In this document: positions 42,042 through 50,642 of the stretch, piece after piece
Layout: every line of letters begins with the position of its first letter
How positions within the stretch are numbered: the stretch's first letter is position 1
NCBI GenBank assembly: GCA_037445795.1
Contig: JBBIJT010000002.1
Coordinates: 1 to 56,939, forward strand
Reading direction: 5' to 3'
Length of the DNA: 56,939 nucleotides
Source of the DNA: Betaproteobacteria bacterium
Lineage (GTDB): Bacteria; Pseudomonadota; Gammaproteobacteria; Burkholderiales; Usitatibacteraceae
The notes under the pieces: model-generated
Seen by the model: only the letters and a program-made list of their open reading frames with translations
The model's database searches: none
What the model was told of the DNA's origin: nothing
Program-made: the position numbers and the translations under genes

Positions 42042-44009
42042 ATGAACGTGCGGGAAGACAAGCTGGCGGGGAGCCGTATCAGGCGGGGCATCGCGGTGGC
42101 GGTGGCCATGGCATTCGCTCCTTCCGCGATGGCGCTGGACTGGGAGATGGACGACGGCTCCAAGCTCATCGTCAACACGACGATCTCGGCCGGCACGAGC
42201 GTTCGCGCGGCCAATCGCGACACCAAGCTGCTCCACCCCGGCAACGCGTCGCTGCAGGGCATCGCGGGCGCCGTGGGTGGGAACACCGACGACGGCGACC
42301 TCAACTATGCCAAGGGCGACGCGTTCTCGACCCTCGCGAAGATCGTGAGTGACATCGAGTACCGCCGGGGCAACTTCGGCGGATTCGTGCGCTTCAAGGG
42401 GTGGTACGACTACGCGCTCAAGAACAACGGCGTCGAGCACGGCAGCTACAACAACGGCTACGCCCCCGGCGCGAAGCTCTCCGATGCCGGCTTCGAGGAC
42501 CTCGCCAAGTTCTCCGGCGCCGAGTTCCTCGACGCCTACCTCTATGGAAGCACGAAGATCGCCGACCAGTACGACACCAAGGTGAAGGTCGGGCGGCACG
42601 TGCTCAACTGGGGCGAGAGCCTCTTCATCCAGGGCCTGAACCAGGTCAACCCGCTCGATGTCGCCGCGCTTCGCAAGCCCGGCACCGAGATCAAGGAAGT
42701 GCTCCTGCCGGTCGGCATGATCTCGGGTAACGTCGGCCTCGCGAAGGGCGCCTCGGTCGAGGGCTTCTACCAGTGGGAATGGAAGAACTCGGTCGTGGAC
42801 GGCTGCGGCACTTATTGGCTGACGGTCGATGGGTCGGTCGGGCCGAATGCCCAGTATGCCTGCCGCGCGGGCTTCAACCAGACCTTCACGGCGGCGCAAG
42901 CCGCGCAGATCGGAGGGCTTCTCGGCAGGCCCATCGCGGTGGGCGACCAGGGCGGCATCCAGGCGGGGGCCTTCATGCCCGCGGTTGCAACCAGGGAAGC
43001 GCGGGACAGCGGCCAGTTCGGCTTGTCGATGCGGTTCCCGGTCGAGGCCCTCGACACCGAGTTCGGCGCCTACGGCATGCGCATCCATTCGCGGACCCCG
43101 ACCCTCAGCGGCATCATCGGCAACTCGCCATTCCCGCTGACCACCGCCCTCCTGGGACCGGCCGGCACGCAGCAGCAGCTGTTCTGGGAGTATCCCGAGG
43201 ACGTCAAGCTCTACGGCTTGAGCGCGGCCACGGCGTTCCCCTGGGCGTCGGTCTCGGCCGAACTGAGCTACTCGCCCAATTTCCCTGTCCAGCTCGCTCC
43301 CGGCGACATGCTGGCGGGTCTCGTCTACGGGTCCAACCCGGCGGCGCTCGCCCTGCTGGGCGTGCCGGCGGCGCTGCGCCCGCTGCTCAACACCTACCGC
43401 GGCCCGCTCACCGACCGCCTGGCAGGCTTGCCTGCCGGCACGGTCTTCCACGGCTACGATCGGCTCAAGAAGACCCAGTTCCAGATGAATGCGATCCAGA
43501 CGATCGCCGACGTCCTGTGGTCGCAGGGGTTCACGGTGGCGGCCGAAGCGGGCATGCAGATCGCGAACGTGCCCGACGCCTCGACGGGCGTCCGCTACGG
43601 CCGCTCGTTCGTGTTCGGCATCGCGAACCACCCGTCCTACGGTCCCGTCCCGGGGCTCGTCGGCGGCTGCCCGCTGCTCAACACGGCCGGCCAGCCGGGG
43701 TGCGAGGCGGACGGCTTCGTGACCCACTTCTCCTGGGGCTATCGCCTGCGCGGCGAGCTGGCCTACGAAAACACGTTCAACCTGGGCATCCTCACCAAGC
43801 CTTCGCTGTTCTGGGGCCAGGACGTGAAGGGCTATTCCGCGGACGGCCAGTTCAACGAAGGCCGCCAGACGCTGGGTCTCGGCCTCGGGTTCGAGTACCA
43901 GAAGCGCTACAAACTCGACCTGAACTACGTCACCTACAACCGCAGCGCCAAGTGGGACCCGCTGCGCGACCGGGACTACTATTCGGCCACCGCCAGCATG
44001 ACGTTCTGA
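42042..44009 (+). CDS. DUF1302-family predicted outer-membrane beta-barrel protein
   Basis: ATG at 42042 is preceded by gaggaggag. The signal peptide is ...AFAPSAMA/LD. The block GGNTDDGDLNYAKGDAFSTLAKIVSDIEYRRGNFGGFVRFKGWYDYALKN matches my memory of DUF1302 proteins. The C-terminal ...ATASMTF is an OMP-type terminal Phe. Confidence 0.85.
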   Translation: MNVREDKLAGSRIRRGIAVAVAMAFAPSAMALDWEMDDGSKLIVNTTISAGTSVRAANRDTKLLHPGNASLQGIAGAVGGNTDDGDLNYAKGDAFSTLAKIVSDIEYRRGNFGGFVRFKGWYDYALKNNGVEHGSYNNGYAPGAKLSDAGFEDLAKFSGAEFLDAYLYGSTKIADQYDTKVKVGRHVLNWGESLFIQGLNQVNPLDVAALRKPGTEIKEVLLPVGMISGNVGLAKGASVEGFYQWEWKNSVVDGCGTYWLTVDGSVGPNAQYACRAGFNQTFTAAQAAQIGGLLGRPIAVGDQGGIQAGAFMPAVATREARDSGQFGLSMRFPVEALDTEFGAYGMRIHSRTPTLSGIIGNSPFPLTTALLGPAGTQQQLFWEYPEDVKLYGLSAATAFPWASVSAELSYSPNFPVQLAPGDMLAGLVYGSNPAALALLGVPAALRPLLNTYRGPLTDRLAGLPAGTVFHGYDRLKKTQFQMNAIQTIADVLWSQGFTVAAEAGMQIANVPDASTGVRYGRSFVFGIANHPSYGPVPGLVGGCPLLNTAGQPGCEADGFVTHFSWGYRLRGELAYENTFNLGILTKPSLFWGQDVKGYSADGQFNEGRQTLGLGLGFEYQKRYKLDLNYVTYNRSAKWDPLRDRDYYSATASMTF

Positions 44010-44049
44010 CGTCTGCCCGCGACAACGAATTCGAACGAGGAGAATGCAA

Positions 44050-45411
44050 ATGGATGTCACGAAATTCACGCGCGTCGCGCTTGCGGCCGTGCTCGCCGGG
44101 GTCATGGGGAGCGCGCTGGCCAAGGGAACGGCGCAGGAGATCGAGCGCCTGGGCAAGGACCTGACGCCGGTCGGCGCGGAAAGGGCCGGCAACAAGGACG
44201 GCACGATCCCCGCGTGGGACGGCGGCCTCACGAAGGCGCCGGCCGGATTCGACGCGAAGAAGGGCTACGCCGATCCGTACGCGACGGACAAGCCGCTCTT
44301 CACGATCACGGCGGCCAATGCCGAGCAGTACAAGAACAAGCTCTCCCCCGGCCAGCTCGCCCTGCTGAAGAAGTATCCCTCGTACAAGATCGTGGTCTAC
44401 CCGACCCACCGCAGCGCGGCACTCCCGCAGGAGCAGTACGATGCCATCCGCAAGTTCGCGGGCACGGCCGAGCTCACCTCGGGCGGCAACGGGGTGGCCG
44501 GAAGCGGCACCAGCTCCATTCCCTTCCCGTTTCCGAAGGCCGGCGAGGACGTCCTGTGGAACCACAGCTTCCGCTGGCGCGGCGGCGGCATGGAGCGCGA
44601 CGCGTCCTGGTACAACGTGACGGCGAACGGGTCGAGCTTCCGGGTGTCGTTCACCGACAAGTTCATCTTCGAGAACGTCGGCTACATGGACGTCAAGCGC
44701 GACAACATGAACTTCGTCTGGATGGGCTACTACCGGACGCCGGCCACGCTCGAGGGCACGATCATCCTCGTCTGGGACACGATCGACCAGAGCAAGGAAG
44801 CGCGCTCGGGATGGGTCTACAACGCCGGCCAGCGGCGGGTCCGGCGGGTTCCCGAGCTTTGCTGCGACTGGGCGGCCGACGGCACCGACGGCCTGCGCTT
44901 CACCGACCAGTACGACGCGTGGAACGGGCAGACCGACCGCTACACCTGGAAGCTCGTCGGCAAGAAGGAGATGTACATCCCCTACAACGACTACAAGCTG
45001 ACCGACAAGTCGCTCAAGAGCGCGGACGTGCTCAAGCCCGGGCACCCGAATCCGGATCTCGTGCGCCACGAGCTGCATCGCGTGTGGGTCGTCGAGGGCA
45101 CGCTCAAGGCCGGCGCGCGGCACGTCGTCGCCAAGCGCACGATGTATTTCGACGAGGACAACTGGCAGAACGCCGCCGCGGATCTCTACGACTCGCGCGG
45201 CCAGCTGTGGCGCTTCCAGGAGACTTACGCGATGCAGATGTACGACGCCACGGTTCCCCTCTATTCCGGCATCAGCTACTACGACCTCAACTCCGGCGCC
45301 TACCAGATGTTCGCCACCACGTTCGAGGACAAGCGCCCGCCTGTCTTCGGCGTGAAAGGAAAGCTCGCCGACTTTCAGCCCGACTCGCTGCGGCGGCTGG
45401 GCGGCAAGTAA
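44050..45411 (+). CDS. DUF1329-family (LolA-like fold) periplasmic protein
   Basis: GAGGAG lies 7 nt upstream of ATG 44050. The track start 44044 is only 1 nt from the SD. The signal peptide is ...VMGSALA/KG. The sequence IERLGKDLTPVGAERAGNKDGTIPAWDGGL is characteristic of DUF1329. Confidence 0.85.
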   Translation: MDVTKFTRVALAAVLAGVMGSALAKGTAQEIERLGKDLTPVGAERAGNKDGTIPAWDGGLTKAPAGFDAKKGYADPYATDKPLFTITAANAEQYKNKLSPGQLALLKKYPSYKIVVYPTHRSAALPQEQYDAIRKFAGTAELTSGGNGVAGSGTSSIPFPFPKAGEDVLWNHSFRWRGGGMERDASWYNVTANGSSFRVSFTDKFIFENVGYMDVKRDNMNFVWMGYYRTPATLEGTIILVWDTIDQSKEARSGWVYNAGQRRVRRVPELCCDWAADGTDGLRFTDQYDAWNGQTDRYTWKLVGKKEMYIPYNDYKLTDKSLKSADVLKPGHPNPDLVRHELHRVWVVEGTLKAGARHVVAKRTMYFDEDNWQNAAADLYDSRGQLWRFQETYAMQMYDATVPLYSGISYYDLNSGAYQMFATTFEDKRPPVFGVKGKLADFQPDSLRRLGGK

Positions 45412-45493
45412 TCTCGCGTCCGTCGCCGGCGTGGCGGTCCTCCCGGGGGCCGCTTCTCCGGCAGCGGCCGCACCCTGAAATCGCGGGCACACC

Positions 45494-46471
45494 ATGAAAT
45501 CCGTCCGGATCACGCTGGCGAGCCTCGCGGCCGCGGCCGCGGCACTGGCGCCCGCATTCTTCGCGTCGGCACAGGCCCCGCAGGCGCCGGCCGCGGCGTT
45601 CGTGCCCGAAGCGAACATCCCGCGCGTCGATCGCGTGCGCCTGATCTGCCTCGCGCGAGCCGGCAGCCGGCTGGTCGCCGCCGGCGAGCGCGGCCGCATC
45701 CTCACCTCGGACGACGACGGCAAGTCCTGGGCGGTGGCGAGCACCCCCACGTACAACACGCTCACCTCCGTCACCTTCGTCGACGACAAGGTGGGTTTCG
45801 CGACGGGACACCAGGCCACGCTCCTCAGGACCGGGGACGGTGGCAGGACCTGGCAGGCTGCCTCGCTGCAGATGGGCGAGAAGGCCACGCTATTCGCGCT
45901 CCGGATGCAGGGCGATCGCGGCATGGCCGTCGGGGCCTATGGCGCCTTCGTCGAGACGGCGGATGGCGGGCGCACGTGGAAGGAGCGCCGCATCGGCCCC
46001 GGGGGGTTCGACCGGCACCTGAACGGCATCGCCGCGGTCGGACTGGACACGCTCGTGATCGCCGGCGAGGCCGGCACCCTGCTGCGGTCGAAGGACCGCG
46101 GCGCGAAGTGGGAAGTGCTCAAGTCGCCCTACGAGGGTTCCTTCTTCGGAATCGTCGCGATCAAGGGCGGAGCGGCCATCGCCTACGGGATGCGCGGCAA
46201 CGCGTTCCGGACCGGCGATGGCGGCAATACCTGGCAACGCGTCGACCTCGGCGGCTACAAGGGCGCCCTCCAGACCGGTTCGGAGCTGGCCGACGGCACC
46301 GTGGTGCTCGCCGGCGCCGACGGGATGCTCGCCACGAGCAACGATGAGGGCAGGTCCTTCGTGACCCAGCCCATCGCCGACCGTCGCACGGTCGCCGCGC
46401 TGCAGCGCACCGGCGACGGCCAGTGGCTCACCGCGGGACTATTCGGCCTGCGCGCGGCCAAGGTGCGCTGA
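45494..46471 (+). CDS. Secreted YCF48-like BNR/Asp-box beta-propeller protein
   Basis: 325-aa ORF with a signal peptide and six Asp-boxes: SDDDGKSW, TGDGGRTW, TADGGRTW, SKDRGAKW, TGDGGNTW and SNDEGRSF. Confidence 0.85.
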   Translation: MKSVRITLASLAAAAAALAPAFFASAQAPQAPAAAFVPEANIPRVDRVRLICLARAGSRLVAAGERGRILTSDDDGKSWAVASTPTYNTLTSVTFVDDKVGFATGHQATLLRTGDGGRTWQAASLQMGEKATLFALRMQGDRGMAVGAYGAFVETADGGRTWKERRIGPGGFDRHLNGIAAVGLDTLVIAGEAGTLLRSKDRGAKWEVLKSPYEGSFFGIVAIKGGAAIAYGMRGNAFRTGDGGNTWQRVDLGGYKGALQTGSELADGTVVLAGADGMLATSNDEGRSFVTQPIADRRTVAALQRTGDGQWLTAGLFGLRAAKVR

Positions 46472-46511
46472 ATCCCCCGCGCGCGAGCGCCCCGACTTCA
46501 CGAGCCGCCCC

Positions 46512-48887
46512 ATGACCGGACCCAAGCAGCTTTCGCGCAACCACTTCGGCTCGTCGTGGGTCGGCATCGTCTCGTACTACATCTTCCACTGGCGCAAGCC
46601 CCTGCTCGCGGTCTTCGCTCTGGTCACCCTGGCGCTCACGTTCTCCGCGACGCGGCTCGAGGTCCAGGCCGGCTTCAACAAGATGCTGCCGCTCGAGCAT
46701 CCGTACATGAAGACCTTCCTCAAGTACCGGGACGAGTTCGGCGGCGCCAACCGCGTGCTCGTGGCGGTGAGGGCGCGGAACGGCGACATCTTCAACGCGA
46801 AGGCGCTCGCCAAGCTGAAGGCCATCCACGACGAGGTCTTCTTCATCCGCGGCGCGGAACGCTCGAGCGTGCTTTCGCTCTACAGCCCTCCCGCCATGTT
46901 CATGGAGGTCGTGGAGGACGGCTTTGTCTCGGGCCCCGTGCTGCCGTCGAACTTCGACGGCTCGCCGGCCGCGTTCGAGGCGTTTCGCGCGAACCTGCTG
47001 AAGTCACAGTGGATCGGGCGCCTCGTCGCGAACGACTTCACGGCGGCGATGGTCTCGGTCACGCTGCTCGACAACGATCCCGAGGGCGGGGGCAGGCTCG
47101 ACCTGAGGCGCGTCGGCGCCGACCTGGAGAAGATCCGGGCCGAGCACGAAGACGCCGACTTCGAGGTGGAGATCATCGGCTTCGCCAAGGCCACGAGCGA
47201 CATCGCGGGCGGGGCGGCGGGAGTCCTCGTTTTCTTCGGCATCGCGGCGCTGATCACCGCCGCCCTCCTGTACTGGTATTCGGGCTCGTTGATGCTCACC
47301 GCGCTTTCGTTGGTGATCGCCCTGGTGCCGGTGGTCTGGCTCCTGGGGCTGCTGCCGGTGCTGGGCCTGAAGCTCGATCCGCTGTCGATCCTCGTGCCGT
47401 TCCTGATCTTCTCGATCGGGGTGAGCCACGCGGTGCAGATGACCAACGCGTGGAAGCTCGAGATGCTGCACGGCGCGGACGGCGTCAGCGCCGCGCGCAT
47501 CGCGTTCGTGAAGCTCTTCATCCCGGGCGCAAGCGCTCTCCTCGCCAACGGGATCGGCTTCCTCGTGATCGCGCTGGTCAAGATCGAGATCGTGCAGGAG
47601 CTCGTGTTCACGGCGACGCTGGGCGTGTCGCTGATGATACTGACCAACAAGGTACTGCTTCCCATCCTCCTTTCCTACAGCAAGCTCAGCGCGAAGGATG
47701 CCGGGAAGCTGCACGGGCGCGAGGGCATCGGCGATCCCATGTGGCGCCGCCTCGCCTGCATCGCCACCCCGAAATACGCGGTAGTGGTGATCGCGCTGGC
47801 CGCCGTGTCGCTGGCCGCAGGGCTGTGGAAGGCGCGCGAGCAGGTGATCGGCGACCTGGGACGCGGCGTTCCGGAGCTCCGTGCGGATTCCCGCTACAAC
47901 CGGGACGTCGACGAGATCACGAAGCGCTTCGCCGTGGGCGTGGACGTGCTGCAGGTGATCGCCGAGGGGAAGGAGCCCGCCACCTGCAACCGGTTCGAGG
48001 TGCTCGACGCCATCGACCGCTTCGAGTTCCTGATGCGCCAGACCGATGGCGTCCAGTCCGTGCGCGGCCTGGCCGGGTTCGTGAAGGAGGCGACCGTCGG
48101 CTTCTCGGAGGGCGACGTCAAGTGGGCGGCGATTCCCGACACCAAGGAGCAGCGCAACCAGGCGGCCGGGTTCTCGACCCGAAGCGGCACCGACCTCATC
48201 AACCGCGACTGCTCGGTGATGAACGTGTCCATCTTCACGAAGGACCACCAGGCCGGGACGCTCGCCCACATCGTGCGCGAGGTCAAGCGATTCAAGGGGG
48301 CCTTCGACAACGACGCGCTCACGTTTCAGCTCGCCACCGGCAATGCGGGCGTCATGGCGGCCACCAACGAGGCGGTCGCCGCGGCGGATCATTGGGTCAA
48401 CTGGGCGCTGTTCGGGGCGGTGACGCTGCTTTGCCTCGTCACGTTCCGGTCGCTGTCCATCACCGCGTGCGTGGTCCTGCCGCTGGGGCTCGTCACCGTG
48501 CATTGCTACGCGCTGATGGCCCAGCTCGGCATCGGCATGAAGGTGAACACCCTGCCCGTGGTGGCCCTCGGCGTGGGCGTCGGCGTGGACTACGGCATCT
48601 ACCTCTTCGAGGTGATGCGCCATGAAATGAAGAGCCGCGCGATGAGCCTCGAAGCCGCCTTCTTCGAGGCGCTGCGCCAGCGCGGCACGGCTTCGCTGTT
48701 CACCGCGATCACGATGACGATCGGGGTCGCGACCTGGCTCTTCTCCGACCTCAAGTTCCAGGTCGACATGGGCATCCTGCTCGCCTTCATGTTCCTCGTG
48801 AACGCCTTCGGTGCGATCCTCCTGCTGCCGGCGCTGGCCGCGTTCCTCGTCCGTCCGTCGAGGAAGCGCGAGGAAAAGACGGCCTGA
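46512..48887 (+). CDS. RND-superfamily / MMPL-like inner-membrane transporter
   Basis: 791-aa ORF with two repeats, each an N-terminal TM helix, a large periplasmic loop and a 5-TM bundle (for example LVFFGIAALITAALLYWYSGSLMLTALSLVIALVPVVWLLGLLPVLGL). This resembles HpnN/MMPL-type exporters rather than AcrB, which is longer (my recollection is about 1000 aa or more). Confidence 0.85.
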   Translation: MTGPKQLSRNHFGSSWVGIVSYYIFHWRKPLLAVFALVTLALTFSATRLEVQAGFNKMLPLEHPYMKTFLKYRDEFGGANRVLVAVRARNGDIFNAKALAKLKAIHDEVFFIRGAERSSVLSLYSPPAMFMEVVEDGFVSGPVLPSNFDGSPAAFEAFRANLLKSQWIGRLVANDFTAAMVSVTLLDNDPEGGGRLDLRRVGADLEKIRAEHEDADFEVEIIGFAKATSDIAGGAAGVLVFFGIAALITAALLYWYSGSLMLTALSLVIALVPVVWLLGLLPVLGLKLDPLSILVPFLIFSIGVSHAVQMTNAWKLEMLHGADGVSAARIAFVKLFIPGASALLANGIGFLVIALVKIEIVQELVFTATLGVSLMILTNKVLLPILLSYSKLSAKDAGKLHGREGIGDPMWRRLACIATPKYAVVVIALAAVSLAAGLWKAREQVIGDLGRGVPELRADSRYNRDVDEITKRFAVGVDVLQVIAEGKEPATCNRFEVLDAIDRFEFLMRQTDGVQSVRGLAGFVKEATVGFSEGDVKWAAIPDTKEQRNQAAGFSTRSGTDLINRDCSVMNVSIFTKDHQAGTLAHIVREVKRFKGAFDNDALTFQLATGNAGVMAATNEAVAAADHWVNWALFGAVTLLCLVTFRSLSITACVVLPLGLVTVHCYALMAQLGIGMKVNTLPVVALGVGVGVDYGIYLFEVMRHEMKSRAMSLEAAFFEALRQRGTASLFTAITMTIGVATWLFSDLKFQVDMGILLAFMFLVNAFGAILLLPALAAFLVRPSRKREEKTA

Positions 48888-48900
48888 TCGACCGGCCCGC

Positions 48901-48920
48901 GGTTCGCGATTACGCGAACC
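48901..48920. terminator. Perfect hairpin between convergent operons (8-bp stem, 4-nt loop)
   Basis: The hairpin is ggttcgcg-atta-cgcgaacc, starting 14 nt after the RND stop. The loop contains the TAA stop of the convergent GST-like gene. There is no T-run on either side. Confidence 0.35.
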
Positions 48921-50013
48921 TGACGGTCAAGCCGGAGATTTCCAGCCGCGGAATGTCGAGCGCCAGCAAGCGAGCGCCGCCCGAGTCCTCGACCCAACGG
49001 CGGACGCGTTCGCCGTCCTCCGCGGGCATGGCCGCTAGCAAATCGAGCGCGCGCTGCACCAGCCACAGCGTGAACGGAACCGCGAGCCGCGAGTGCGTGC
49101 CGTCCGCCAGGGGATAGCTCACCGTGCCGAGGAAGCGCTCGATGCGCTTGCCGCTGACGGGCACGGGCTCGGCCCGGCGCAGCTCGTCGAGCGTGGCCTC
49201 GACATAGGGCAGGAATTCGTCGAAGAGGCTGCGGATGACGGGCCCCAACGTCGCCGGCAATGGAGTGCCGATGGCGGGGAACGGGGGCGCTTCCTTCGTG
49301 AGGTAGGGCTGGTTCATCCGCCACACCCACGCATGGAGGTTCGGGCGCGGCAGCACGAACTCGTCGCGCGACCAGGGATCGCGGGTGACGTGTCCGAAGA
49401 AGGGCACGATCAGGCCGAAATCGAAGCGCGTCGCACGCTCGCCCAGCAGGTAGGGATGCTCGGCGAAGTGGGCGTCGAGCGCATCCATGTTTTGCCGGGC
49501 CCAGCGCCAGATGAGCGGCTGCGTCTCCACGGTGGCGCCGATGCGCGGCAGGTGGGCCTGGATCTTGCGCGCGACACTGCCCACGAGCGCGTTCTTCACG
49601 GCCTTCGGGAAGCCGAACAGCATTCCCTCGCCGAGCTCCTCGTACCACCAGGGATACTCGGTGCGTCCCAGCCAGCGCGTCGCCAGGTCGAAGGGCATCC
49701 AGAATTCGCTCGCCCAGACGCCGGCCAGCGTCGTGAAGAACGCGTGCACCGGATCGGGAGGAAGGATCGGGTCGTCCGGGTATCGCGCCTCGAGGCGGTC
49801 CAGGATGACCTCGCTATCGGCGATCCACTCGCCTTCGGGGGTGATGAGGACCGGAACCGTGGGGTCACCGAAGCGCCGCGCGATGGTGACGTTGTACGTC
49901 CACAGGGTAGGAACCCGCTCGACGTAATCGATGCGCTTCTTGAGCAGGTAGCTGCGCACGCGCGCGCTGTAGCGCGAGCAGAGGGCGCCAAGCAGCAAGG
50001 GGACGTTCTGCAT
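48910..50013 (-). CDS. GST-like protein (thioredoxin-fold N-domain, GST-like middle, ~150-aa unknown C-terminal extension)
   Basis: I prefer ATG 50013 (MQNVPLLLGALCSRYSARVRSYLLKKRIDYVERVP...VPVLITPEGEWIADSEVILDRLEARYP), with GGAAGGA 9 nt upstream. ATG 50022 is an alternative. Confidence 0.65.
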   Translation of the reverse strand: MQNVPLLLGALCSRYSARVRSYLLKKRIDYVERVPTLWTYNVTIARRFGDPTVPVLITPEGEWIADSEVILDRLEARYPDDPILPPDPVHAFFTTLAGVWASEFWMPFDLATRWLGRTEYPWWYEELGEGMLFGFPKAVKNALVGSVARKIQAHLPRIGATVETQPLIWRWARQNMDALDAHFAEHPYLLGERATRFDFGLIVPFFGHVTRDPWSRDEFVLPRPNLHAWVWRMNQPYLTKEAPPFPAIGTPLPATLGPVIRSLFDEFLPYVEATLDELRRAEPVPVSGKRIERFLGTVSYPLADGTHSRLAVPFTLWLVQRALDLLAAMPAEDGERVRRWVEDSGGARLLALDIPRLEISGLTVRFA

Positions 50014-50096
50014 GTTCCTCATTCCTTCCTGTCCGGCACGGGCTCGAACAGGGTGATGAATTCCTCGACCGCGGCCGGCAACCGGACCGCACGGAC

Positions 50097-50516
50097 TCAG
50101 GCGCCGGAGAGCTTCGCGGCGAGCTTCAGGATCCAGTAGAGCACGATCGCCACTTGCGCGAGGAACAGGGCGAAGCGCACGTTCACCGCCATGACGCTGG
50201 TCGAGTAGAGGTGCACGATGGACTGGCCCACGCGGCACCCCAATGCGAGCAATGCCAGGGGGTCGGTGATGGCCGTCGAACCGGTCGAGAGCGCGATCAG
50301 GAGCGTGCCGCCGAAGAAGGGGAAGCTCTCGTAGCAGTTGGCATGCGCGCGCACCAGTCGGCCCGCGAAGGGGTACATGTCCGAGCCGTCGGGCCTGAAG
50401 CTGTTGGGCGCACGCTCGCCTTTCAGGACGGCGCCCACGCGAACCCCGCCGATGATCAGGAGCAGGAACAGGAACCAGGCGATGTAGCCGGTCAATGCGA
50501 TGGCGCTTGCGTTCAT
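50097..50516 (-). CDS. MAPEG-family membrane protein (MGST-like)
   Basis: 139-aa ORF with four hydrophobic helices. The block LVRAHANCYESFPFFGGTLLIA resembles the MAPEG conserved region (R-x-H-x-N-x-x-E). Confidence 0.7.
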   Translation of the reverse strand: MNASAIALTGYIAWFLFLLLIIGGVRVGAVLKGERAPNSFRPDGSDMYPFAGRLVRAHANCYESFPFFGGTLLIALSTGSTAITDPLALLALGCRVGQSIVHLYSTSVMAVNVRFALFLAQVAIVLYWILKLAAKLSGA

Positions 50517-50642
50517 GGTGGCTCCGGGGGTGATTGATCGAATGTCGCTGCTTTCAGTGCGAGCGCGTACTCTGCGCCTTGCGCTTCGCGTCCACTGCCG
50601 GCACGGGCCCGGGCGGCAGCCACCACGAGTGCTTCGCCAGGC

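Noticed and set aside
41925-44231. 768-aa minus-strand ORF opposite the DUF1302 gene
   Set aside because: It is antisense to a gene with a strong SD, a signal peptide, family-typical motifs and an OMP C-terminus. Its composition (R/A/G/V/E) is typical of the antisense frame of GC-rich coding DNA.
45494-46471. Photosystem II assembly role implied by the YCF48-like label
   Set aside because: Nothing else in the window is photosynthetic. The protein is secreted and sits in a transporter operon. The similarity reflects only the shared Asp-box propeller fold.
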